A program made the translations under genes and the position numbers. Below are positions 25,601-37,318 of a stretch of DNA of 64,000 nucleotides, piece after piece (positions within the stretch are counted from its first letter, which is position 1; every line of letters begins with the position of its first letter). The DNA lies in assembly GCA_051313645.2 (NCBI GenBank), contig JBNRSN020000129.1:1984001-2048000 (forward strand), in the 5' to 3' direction. This DNA is from Centroscyllium fabricii. Lineage: Eukaryota. Under the pieces are notes generated by a model. The model had not been told where the DNA came from and searched no databases. It worked only from the letters and a program-made list of their open reading frames with translations.

Positions 25601-28600
25601 TAGGTGTGAACAGTGTGTGTAGGTGTGAACACTGTGTGTAGGTGTGAGTAGTGTGTGTATAGGTGTGAACACTGTGTCGGTGTGAGCAGTGTGTGTATAG
25701 GTGTGAACACTGTGTGTAGATGTGAGCAGCGTGTATAGGTGTGAACCCTGTGTGTAGGTGTGGGCAGCGTGTATAGGTGTGAACAGTGTGTGTAGGTGTG
25801 TGTATAGGTGTGAACACTGTGTGTAGGTGTGAGCAGTGTGTGTATAGGAGTGAACACTGTGTATAGGTGTGAGCAGTGTGTGTATAGGTGTGAACACTGT
25901 GTGTAGGTGTGTGTATAGGTGTGAACACTGTGTGTAGGTGTGATCAGTGTGTGTATAGGTGTGTACACTGTGTATAGGTGTGAGCAGTGTGTGTATAGGT
26001 GTGGACACAGTGTGTAGGTGTGAGCAGTGTGTGTATAGGTGTGAACACTGTGTGTAGGTGTGAACACTGTGTGTAGGTGTGGGCAGCGTGTATATGTGTG
26101 AACACTGTGTGTAGGTTTGGGCAGCGTGTATAGGTGTGAACACTGTGTGTAGGCGTGTGTATAGGTGTGAACACTGTGTGTAGGTGTGAGCAGTGTGTGT
26201 ATAGGTGTGAACACTGTGTATAGGTGTGAGCAGTGTGTGTATAGGTGTGAATACTGTGTGTAGGTGTGTGTATAGGTGTGAACACTGTGTGTAGGTGTGA
26301 TCAGTGTGTGTATAGGTGTGAACACTGTGTGTAGGTGTGAGCAGTGTGTATTGGTGTGAACACTGTGTGTAGGTGTGAGCAGTGTGTGTATAGCTGTGAA
26401 CACTGTGTAGGTGTGAGCAGTGTATAGGTGTGAACACTGTGTGTAGGTGAGCAGTGTGTGTGTATAGGTGTGAACACTGTGTAGGTGTGAACAGTGTCTG
26501 TAGGTGTGAGCAGTGTGTGTGTATAGGTGTGAACACTGTGTGTAGTTGTGAGCAGTGTGTGTGTATAGGTGTGAACACTGTGTATAGGTGTGAACACTGT
26601 GTGTAGGTGTGAGCAGTGTGTGTATAGGTGTGAACACTGTTTAGGTGTGAGCAGTGTGTTTAGGTGTGAACACTGTGTATAGGTGTGAGCAGTGTGTTTA
26701 TAGGTGTGAACACTTTGTAGGTGTGAGCAGTGTGTGTATAAGTGTAAACACTGTGTGTAGGTGTCAGCAGTGTGTGTGTATAGGTGTGAACACTGTGTAT
26801 AGGTGTGAACACTGTGTGTAGGTGTGAGCAGTGTGTGTATAGGTGTGAACACTGCGTAGGTGTGAGCAGTGTGTGTATAGGTGTGAACACTGTGTATAGG
26901 TGTGAACACTGTGTGTAGGTGTGAGCAGTGTGTGTATAGGTGTGAACACTGTGTAGGTGTGAGCAGTGTGTGTATAGGTGTGAACAGTGTGTAGGTGTGA
27001 GCAGTGTGAACACTGTGTATAGGTGTGAGCAGTGTGTTTATAGGTGTGAACACTGTGTAGGTGTGAGCAGTGTGTTTATAGGTGTGAACACTGTGTAGGT
27101 GTGAGCAGTGTGTTTATAGGTGTGAACACTGCGTAGGTGTGAGCAGTGTGTGTATAGGTGTGAACACTGTGTATAGGTGTGAACACTGTGTGTAGGTGTG
27201 AGCAGTGTGTGTATAGGTGTGAACACTGTGTAGGTGTGAGCAGTGTGTGTATAGGTGTGAGCAGTGTGTATAGGTGTGAGCAGTGTGTATAGGTGTGAAC
27301 ACTGTGTGTAGGTGTGAGTAGTGTGTGTATATAGGTGTGAACAGTGTGTAGGTGTGAGCAGTGTGTGTGTATAGGAGTGAACACTGTGTAGGTGTGAGCA
27401 GTGTGTGTGTATAGGTGTGAACACTGTGTGTAGGTGTGAGCAGTGTGTATAGGTGTGAACACTGTGTGTAGGTGTGAGCAGTGTGTGTATATAGGTGTGA
27501 ACAGTGTGTAGGTGTGAGCAGTGTGTGTATATAGGTGTGAACACTGTGTAGGTGTGAGCAGTGTGTGTGTATAGGTGTGAACACTGTGTGTAGGTGTGAG
27601 CAGTGTGTGTGTATAGGTGTGAACACTGTGTGAATAGGTGTGAGCAGTGTGTGTGTATAGGTGTGAACACTGTGTGTAGGTGTGAACGCTGTGTGTAGGT
27701 GTGATCAGTGTGTGTATAGGTGTGAACACTGTGTATAGGTGTGAGCAGTGTGTGTATAGGTGTGAACACTGTGTGTAGGTGTGAGCAGTGTGTATTGGTG
27801 TGAACACTGTGTGTAGGTGTGAGCAGTGTGTGTATAGCTGTGAACACTGTGTAGGTGTGAGCAGTGTATAGGTGTGAACACTGTGTGTAGGTGAGCAGTG
27901 TGTGTGTATAGGTGTGAACACTGTGTAGGTGTGAGCAGTGTGTATAGGTGTGAACACTGTGTGTAGGTGTGAGCAGTGTGTATAGGTGTGAACACTGTGT
28001 GTAGGTGTGAACAGTGTCTGTAGGTGTGAGCAGTGTGTGTGTATAGGTGTGAACACTGTGTGTAGTTGTGAGCAGTGTGTGTGTATAGGTGTGAACACTG
28101 TGTATAGGTGTGAACACTGTGTGTAGGTGTGAGCAGTGTGTGTATAGGTGTGAACACTGTTTAGGTGTGAGCAGTGTGTTTAGGTGTGAACACTGTGTAT
28201 AGGTGTGAGCAGTGTGTTTATAGGTGTGAACACTTTGTAGGTGTGAGCAGTGTGTGTATAAGTGTAAACACTGTGTGTAGGTGTCAGCAGTGTGTGTGTA
28301 TAGGTGTGAACACTGTGTATAGGTGTGAACACTGTGTGTAAGTGTGAGCAGTGTGTGTATAGGTGTGAACACTGCGTAGGTGTGAGCAGTGTGTGTATAG
28401 GTGTGAACACTGTGTATAGGTGTGAACACTGTGTGTAGGTGTGAGCAGTGTGTGTATAGGTGTGAACACTGTGTAGGTGTGAGCAGTGTGTGTATAGGTG
28501 TGAACAGTGTGTAGGTGTGAGCAGTGTGAACACTGTGTATAGGTGTGAGCAGTGTGTTTATAGGTGTGAACACTGTGTAGGTGTGAGCAGTGTGTTTATA

Positions 28601-31600
28601 GGTGTGAACACTGTGTAGGTGTGAGCAGTGTGTTTATAGGTGTGAACACTGCGTAGGTGTGAGCAGTGTTTGTATAGGTGTGAACACTGTGTATAGGTGT
28701 GAACACTGTGTGTAGGTGTGAGCAGTGTGTGTATAGGTGTGAACACTGTGTAGGTGTGAGCAGTGTGTGTATAGGTGTGAGCAGTGTGTATAGGTGTGAG
28801 CAGTGTGTATAGGTGTGAACACTGTGTGTAGGTGTGAGTAGTGTGTGTATATAGGTGTGAACAGTGTGTAGGTGTGAGCAGTGTGTGTGTATAGGTGTGA
28901 ACACTGTGTAGGTGTGAGCAGTGTGTGTGTATAGGTGTGAACACTGTGTGTAGGTGTGAGCAGTGTGTATAGGTGTGAACACTGTGTGTAGGTGTGAGCA
29001 GTGTGTGTATATAGGTGTGAACAGTGTGTAGGTGTGAGCAGTGTGTGTATATAGGTGTGAACACTGTGTAGGTGTGAGCAGTGTGTGTGTATAGGTGTGA
29101 ACACTGTGTGTAGGTGTGAGCAGTGTGTGTGTATAGGTGTGAACACTGTGTGAATAGGTGTGAGCAGTGTGTGTGTATAGGTGTGAACACTGTGTGTAGG
29201 TGTGAACGCTGTGTGTAGGTGTGAGCAGTGTGTGTATAGGTGTGAACACTGTGTGTAGGTGTGAGCAGTGTGTGTATAAGTGTGAACACTGTGTAGGTGT
29301 GAGCAGTGTGTGTGTATAGGTGTGAACACTGTGTGTAGGTATGAGCAGTGTGTGTGTGTATAGGTGTGAACACTGTGTAGGTGTGAGCAGTGTGTGTATA
29401 GGTGTGAACACTGTGTGTAGGTGTGAGCAGTGTGTGTGTATAGGTGTGAACACTGTGTAGGTGTGAGCACTGTGTGTGTATAGGTGTGAACACTGTGTAG
29501 GTGTGAGCAGTGTGTGTGTATAGGTGTGAACACTGTGTAGGTGTGAGCAGTGTGTGTGTATAGGTGTGAAAAGTGTGTAGGTGTGAGCAGTGTGTTTGTA
29601 TAGGTGTGAACACTGTGTGTAGGTGTGAGCAGTGTGTGTGTATAGGTGTGAACAGTGTGTAGGTGTGAGCAGTGTGTTTGTATAGGTGTGGACACTGTGT
29701 AGGTGTGAGCAGTGTGTGTGTATAGGTGTGGACACTGTGTAGGTGTGAGCAGTGTGTGTGAATAGGTGTGAGCAGTGTGTGTGTATAGGTGTGAACACTG
29801 TGTGTAGGTGTGAACACTGTGTGTAGGTGTGAGCAGTGTGTGTATAGGTGTGAACACTGTGTAGGTGTGAGCAGTGTGTGTATAGGTGTGAACACTGTGT
29901 GTAGATGTGAGCAGCGTGTATAGGTGTGAACACTGTGTGTAGGTGTGGGCAGCGTGTATAGGTGTGAACAGTGTGTGTAGGTGTGTGTATAGGTGTGAAC
30001 ACTGTGTGTAGGTGTGAGCAGTGTGTGTGTATAGGTGTGAACACTGTGTGAATAGGTGTGAGCAGTGTGTGTGTATAGGTGTGAACACTGTGTGTAGGTG
30101 TGAACGCTGTGTGTAGGTGTGAGCAGTGTGTGTATAGGTGTGAACACTGTGTGTAGGTGTGAGCAGTGTGTGTATAAGTGTGAACACTGTGTAGGTGTGA
30201 GCAGTGTGTGTGTATAGGTGTGAACACTGTGTGTAGGTATGAGCATTGTGTGTATAGGTGTGAACACTGTGTAGGTGTGAGCAGTGTGTGTATAGGTGTG
30301 AACACTGTGTGTAGGTGTGAGCAGTGTGTGTGTATAGGTGTGAACACTGTGTAGGTGTGAGCACTGTGTGTGTATAGGTGTGAACACTGTGTAGGTGTGA
30401 GCAGTGTGTGTGTATAGGTGTGAACACTGTGTAGGTGTGAGCAGTGTGTGTGTATAGGTGTGAACAGTGTGTAGGTGTGAGCAGTGTGTTTGTATAGGTG
30501 TGAACACTGTGTGTAGGTGTGAGCAGTGTGTGTGTATAGGTGTGAACAGTGTGTAGGTGTGAGCAGTGTGTTTGTATAGGTGTGGACACTGTGTAGGTGT
30601 GAGCAGTGTGTGTGTATAGGTGTGGACACTGTGTAGGTGTGAGCAGTGTGTGTGAATAGGTGTGAGCAGTGTGTGTGTATAGGTGTGAACACTGTGTGTA
30701 GGTGTGAACACTGTGTGTAGGTGTGAGCAGTGTGTGTATAGGTGTGAACACTGTGTAGGTGTGAGCAGTGTGTGTATAGGTGTGAACACTGTGTGTAGAT
30801 GTGAGCAGCGTGTATAGGTGTGAACACTGTGTGTAGGTGTGGGCAGCGTGTATAGGTGTGAACAGTGTGTGTAGGTGTGTGTATAGGTGTGAACACTGTG
30901 TGTAGGTGTGAGCAGTGTGTGTATAGGTGTGAACACTGTGTATAGGTGTGAGCAGTGTGTGTATAGGTGTGAACACTGTGTGTAGGTGTGTGTATAGGTG
31001 TGAACACTGTGTGTAGGTGTGATCAGTGTGTGTATAGGTGTGAACACTGTGTATAGGTGTGAGCAGTGTGTGTATAGGTGTGGACACAGTGTGTAGGTGT
31101 GAGCAGTGTGTGTATAGGTGTGAACACTGTGTGTAGGTGTGAACACTGTGTGTAGGTGTGGGCTGCCTGTATATGTGTGAACACTGTGTGTAGGTGTGGG
31201 CAGCGTGTATAGGTGTGAACACTGTGTGTAGGTGTGTGTATAGGTGTGAACACTGTGTGTAGGTGTGAGCAGTGTGTGTATAGGTGTGAACACTGTGTAT
31301 AGGTGTGAGCAGTGTGTGTATAGGTGTGAACACTGTGTGTAGGTGTGTGTATAGGTGTGAACACTGTGTGTAGGTGTGATCAGTGTGTGTATAGGTGTGA
31401 ACACTGTATATAGGTGTGAGCAGTGTGTGTATAGGTGTGGACACAGTGTGTAGGTGTGAGCAGTGTGTGTATAGGTGTGAACACTGTGTGTAGGTGTGAA
31501 CACTGTGTGTAGGTGTGGGCAGCGTGTATATGTGTGAACACTGTGTGTAGGTGTGGGCAGCGTGTATAGGTGTGAACACTGTGTGTAGGCGTGTGTATAG

Positions 31601-34600
31601 GAGTGAACACTGTGTGTAGGTGTGAGCAGTGTGTGTATAGGTGTGAACACTGTGTATAGGTGTGAGCAGTGTGTGTATACATGTGAACACTGTGTGTAGG
31701 TGTGTGTATAGGTGTGAACACTGTGTGTAGGTGTGATCAGTGTGTGTATAGGTGTGAACACTGTGTATAGGTGTGAGCAGTGTGTGTATAGGTGTGAACA
31801 CTGTGTGTAGGTGTGAGCAGTGTGTATAGGTGTGAACACTGTGTGTAGGTGTGAGCAGTGTGTGTATAGCTGTGAACACTGTGTAGGTGTGAGCAGTGTA
31901 TAGGTGTGAACACTGTGTGTAGGTGAGCAGTGTGTGTGTATAGGTGTGAACACTGTGTAGGTGTGAGCAGTGTGTATAGGTGTGAACACTGTGTGTAGGT
32001 GTGAGCAGTGTGTATAGGTGTGAACACTGTGTGTAGGTGTGAACAGTGTCTGTAGGTGTGAGCAGTGTGTGTATATAGGTGTGAACACTGTGTGTAGTTG
32101 TGAGCAGTGTGTGTGTATAGGTGTGAACACTGTGTATAGGTGTGAACACTGTGTGTAGGTGTGAGCAGTGTGTGTATAGGTGTGAACACTGTTTAGGTGT
32201 GAGCAGTGTGTTTAGGTGTGAACACTGTGTATAGGTGTGAGCAGTGTGTTTATAGGTGTGAACACTGTGTAGGTGTGAGCAGTGTGTGTATAAGTGTAAA
32301 CACTGTGTGTAGGTGTCAGCAGTGTGTGTGTATAGGTGTGAACACTGTGTATAGGTGTGAACACTGTGTGTAGGTGTGAGCAGTGTGTGTATAGGTGTGA
32401 ACACTGCGTAGGTGTGAGCAGTGTGTGTATAGGTGTGAACACTGTGTATAGGTGTGAACACTGTGTGTAGGTGTGAGCAGTGTGTGTATAGGTGTGAACA
32501 CTGTGTAGGTGTGAGCAGTGTGTGTATAGGTGTGAACACTGTGTGTAGGTGTGAGCAGTGTGTATAGGTGTGAACACTGTGTGTAGGTGTGAACAGTGTC
32601 TGTAGGTGTGAGCAGTGTGTGTGTATAGGTGTGAACACTGTGTGTAGTTGTGAGCAGTGTGTGTGTATAGGTGTGAACACTGTGTATAGGTGTGAACACT
32701 GTGTGTAGGTGTGAGCAGTGTGTGTATAGGTGTGAACACTGTTTAGGTGTGAGCAGTGTGTTTAGGTGTGAACACTGTGTATAGGTGTGAGCAGTGTGTT
32801 TATAGGTGTGAACACTTTGTAGGTGTGAGCAGTGTGTGTATAAGTGTAAACACTGTGTGTAGGTGTCAGCAGTGTGTGTGTATAGGTGTGAACACTGTGT
32901 ATAGGTGTGAACACTGTGTGTAGGTGTGAGCAGTGTGTGTATAGGTGTGAACACTGCGTAGGTGTGAGCAGTGTGTGTATAGGTGTGAACACTGTGTATA
33001 GGTGTGAACACTGTGTGTAGGTGTGAGCAGTGTGTGTATAGGTGTGAACACTGTGTAGGTGTGAGCAGTGTGTGTATAGGTGTGAACAGTGTGTAGGTGT
33101 GAGCAGTGTGAACACTGTGTATAGGTGTGAGCAGTGTGTTTATAGGTGTGAACACTGTGTAGGTGTGAGCAGTGTGTTTATAGGTGTGAACACTGTGTAG
33201 GTGTGAGCAGTGTGTTTATAGGTGTGAACACTGCATAGGTGTGAGCAGTGTGTGTATAGGTGTGAACACTGTGTATAGGTGTGAACACTGTGTGTAGGTG
33301 TGAGCAGTGTGTGTATAGGTGTGAACACTGTGTAGGTGTGAGCAGTGTGTGTATAGGTGTGAGCAGTGTGTATAGGTGTGAGCAGTGTGTATAGGTGTGA
33401 ACACTGTGTGTAGGTGTGAGTAGTGTGTGTATATAGGTGTGAACAGTGTGTAGGTGTGAGCAGTGTGTGTGTATAGGAGTGAACACTGTGTAGGTGTGAG
33501 CAGTGTGTGTGTATAGGTGTGAACACTGTGTGTAGGTGTGAGCAGTGTGTATAGGTGTGAACACTGTGTGTAGGTGTGAGCAGTGTCTGTATATAGGTGT
33601 GAACAGTTTGTAGGTGTGAGCAGTGTGTGTATATAGGTGTGAACACTGTGTAGGTGTGAGCAGTGTGTGTGTATAGGTGTGAACACTGTGTGTAGGTGTG
33701 AGCAGTGTGTGTGTATAGGTGTGAACACTGTGTGAATAGGTGTGAGCAGTGTGTGTGTATAGGTGTGAACACTGTGTGTAGGTGTGAACGCTGTGTGTAG
33801 GTGTGATCAGTGTGTGTATAGGTGTGAACACTGTGTATAGGTGTGAGCAGTGTGTGTATAGGTGTGAACACTGTGTGTAGGTGTGAGCAGTGTGTATTGG
33901 TGTGAACACTGTGTGTAGGTGTGAGCAGTGTGTGTATAGCTGTGAACACTGTGTAGGTGTGAGCAGTGTATAGGTGTGAACACTGTGTGTAGGTGAGCAG
34001 TGTGTGTGTATAGGTGTGAACACTGTGTAGGTGTGAGCAGTGTGTATAGGTGTGAACACTGTGTGTAGGTGTGAGCAGTGTGTATAGGTGTGAACACTGT
34101 GTGTAGGTGTGAACAGTGTCTGTAGGTGTGAGCAGTGTGTGTGTATAGGTGTGAACACTGTGTGTAGTTGTGAGCAGTGTGTGTGTATAGGTGTGAATAC
34201 TGTGTATAGGTGTGAACACTGTGTGTAGGTGTGAGCAGTGTGTGTATAGGTGTGAACACTGTTTAGGTGTGAGCAGTGTGTTTAGGTGTGAACACTGTGT
34301 ATAGGTGTGAGCAGTGTGTTTATAAGTGTGAACACTTTGTAGGTGTGAGCAGTGTGTGTATAAGTGTAAACACTGTGTGTAGGTGTCAGCAGTGTGTGTG
34401 TATAGGTGTGAACACTGTGTATAGGTGTGAACACTGTGTGTAAGTGTGAGCAGTGTGTGTATAGGTGTGAACACTGCGTAGGTGTGAGCAGTGTGTGTAT
34501 AGGTGTGAACACTGTGTATAGGTGTGAACGCTGTGTGTAGGTGTGAGCAGTGTGTGTATAGGTGTGAACACTGTGTAGGTGTGAGCAGTGTGTGTATAGG

Positions 34601-37318
34601 TGTGAACAGTGTGTAGGTGTGAGCAGTGTGAACACTGTGTATAGGTGTGAGCAGTGTGTTTATAGGTGTGAACACTGTGTAGGTGTGAGCAGTGTGTTTA
34701 TAGGTGTGAACACTGTGTAGGTGTGAGCAGTGTGTTTATAGGTGTGAACACTGCGTAGGTGTGAGCAGTGTTTGTATAGGTGTGAACACTGTGTATAGGT
34801 GTGAACACTGTGTGTAGGTGTGAGCAGTGTGTGTATAGGTGTGAACACTGTGTAGGTGTGAGCAGTGTGTGTATAGGTGTGAGCAGTGTGTATAGGTGTG
34901 AGCAGTGTGTATAGGTGTGAACACTGTGTGTAGGTGTGAGTAGTGTGTGTATATAGGTGTGAACAGTGTGTAGGTGTGAGCAGTGTGTGTGTATAGGTGT
35001 GAACACTGTGTAGGTGTGAGCAGTGTGTGTGTATAGGTGTGAACACTGTGTGTAGGTGTGAGCAGTGTGTATAGGTGTGAACACTGTGTGTAGGTGTGAG
35101 CAGTGTGTGTATATAGGTGTGAACAGTGTGTAGGTGTGAGCAGTGTGTGTATATAGGTGTGAACACTGTGTAGGTGTGAGCAGTGTGTGTGTATAGGTGT
35201 GAACACTGTGTGTAGGTGTGAGCAGTGTGTGTGTATAGGTGTGAACACTGTGTGAATAGGTGTGAGCAGTGTGTGTGTATAGGTGTGAACACTGTGTGTA
35301 GGTGTGAACGCTGTGTGTAGGTGTGAGCAGTGTGTGTATAGGTGTGAACACTGTGTGTAGGTGTGAGCAGTGTGTGTATAAGTGTGAACACTGTGTAGGT
35401 GTGAGCAGTGTGTGTGTATAGGTGTGAACACTGTGTGTAGGTATGAGCAGTGTGTGTGTGTATAGGTGTGAACACTGTGTAGGTGTGAGCAGTGTGTGTA
35501 TAGGTGTGAACACTGTGTGTAGGTGTGAGCAGTGTGTGTGTATAGGTGTGAACACTGTGTAGGTGTGAGCACTGTGTGTGTATAGGTGTGAACACTCTGT
35601 AGGTGTGAGCAGTGTGTGTGTATAGGTGTGAACACTGTGTAGGTGTGAGCAGTGTGTGTGTATAGGTGTGAACAGTGTGTAGGTGTGAGCAGTGTGTTTG
35701 TATAGGTGTGAACACTGTGTGTAGGTATGAGCAGTGTGTGTGTATAGGTGTGAACAGTGTGTAGGTGTGAGCAGTGTGTTTGTATAGGTGTGGACACTGT
35801 GTAGGTGTGAGCAGTGTGTGTGTATAGGTGTGGACACTGTGTAGGTGTGAGCAGTGTGTGTGAATAGGTGTGAGCAGTGTGTGTGTATAGGTGTGAACAC
35901 TGTGTGTAGGTGTGAACACTGTGTGTAGGTGTGAGCAGTGTGTGTATAGGTGTGAACACTGTGTAGGTGTGAGCAGTGTGTGTATAGGTGTGAACACTGT
36001 GTGTAGATGTGAGCAGCGTGTATAGGTGTGAACACTGTGTGTAGGTGTGGGCAGCGTGTATAGGTGTGAACAGTGTGTGTAGGTGTGTGTATAGGTGTGA
36101 ACACTGTGTGTAGGTGTGAGCAGTGTGTGTATAGGTGTGAACACTGTGTATAGGTGTGAGCAGTGTGTGGATAGGTGTGAACACTGTGTGTAGGTGTGTG
36201 TATAGGTGTGAACACTGTGTGTAGGTGTGATCAGTGTGTGTATAGGTGTGAACACTGTGTATAGGTGTGAGCAGTGTGTGTATAGGTGTGGACACAGTGT
36301 GTAGGTGTGAGCAGTGTGTGTATAGGTGTGAACACTGTGTGTAGGTGTGAACACTGTGTGTAGGTGTGGGCAGCCTGTATATGTGTGAACACTGTGTGTA
36401 GGTGTGGGCAGCGTGTATAGGTGTGAACACTGTGTGTAGGTGTGTGTATAGGTGTGAACACTGTGTGTAGGTGTGAGCAGTGTGTGTATAGGTGTGAACA
36501 CTGTGTATAGGTGTGAGCAGTGTGTGTATAGGTGTGAACACTGTGTGTAGGTGTGTGTATAGGTGTGAACACTGTGTGTAGGTGTGATCAGTGTGTGTAT
36601 AGGTGTGAACACTGTGTATAGGTGTGAGCAGTGTGTGTATAGGTGTGGACACAGTGTGTAGGTGTGAGCAGTGTGTGTATAGGTGTGAACACTGTGTGTA
36701 GGTGTGAACACTGTGTGTAGGTGTGGGCAGCGTGTATATGTGTGAACACTGTGTGTAGGTGTGGGCAGCGTGTATAGGTGTGAACACTGTGTGTAGGCGT
36801 GTGTATAGGAGTGAACACTGTGTGTAGGTGTGAGCAGTGTGTGTATAGGTGTGAACACTGTGTATAGGTGTGAGCAGTGTGTGTATACATGTGAACACTG
36901 TGTGTAGGTGTGTGTATAGGTGTGAACACTGTGTGTAGGTGTGATCAGTGTGTGTATAGGTGTGAACACTGTGTATAGGTGTGAGCAGTGTGTGTATAGG
37001 TGTGAACACTGTGTGTAGGTGTGAGCAGTGTGTATAGGTGTGAACACTGTGTGTAGGTGTGAGCAGTGTGTGTATAGCTGTGAACACTGTGTAGGTGTGA
37101 GCAGTGTATAGGTGTGAACACTGTGTGTAGGTGAGCAGTGTGTGTGTATAGGTGTGAACACTGTGTAGGTGTGAGCAGTGTGTATAGGTGTGAACACTGT
37201 GTGTAGGTGTGAGCAGTGTGTATAGGTGTGAACAATGTGTGTAGGTGTGAACAGTGTCTGTAGGTGTGAGCAGTGTGTGTGTATAGGTGTGAACACTGTG
37301 TGTAGTTGTGAGCAGTGT
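22681..37318 (+). repeat. TG-rich satellite array, middle domain
   Basis: Same dimer consensus; characteristic variants GTGTCAGCAG, GTTTATAGG, GGGCAGCG and AAGTGTAAAC. Confidence 0.98.
26470..37318 (+). repeat. Higher-order repeats: offsets 6102 and 5208, with 1520, 894, 550 and 357 bp sub-repeats
   Basis: ACAGTGTCTG at 26491/32593. ORF-track twins 26660/32762, 27038/33140 and 28558/34660 (+6102); 31023/36231 and 31380/36588 (+5208); 26660/28180 (+1520); 32212/32762 (+550); 31023/31380/31737 (+357). Confidence 0.85.
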
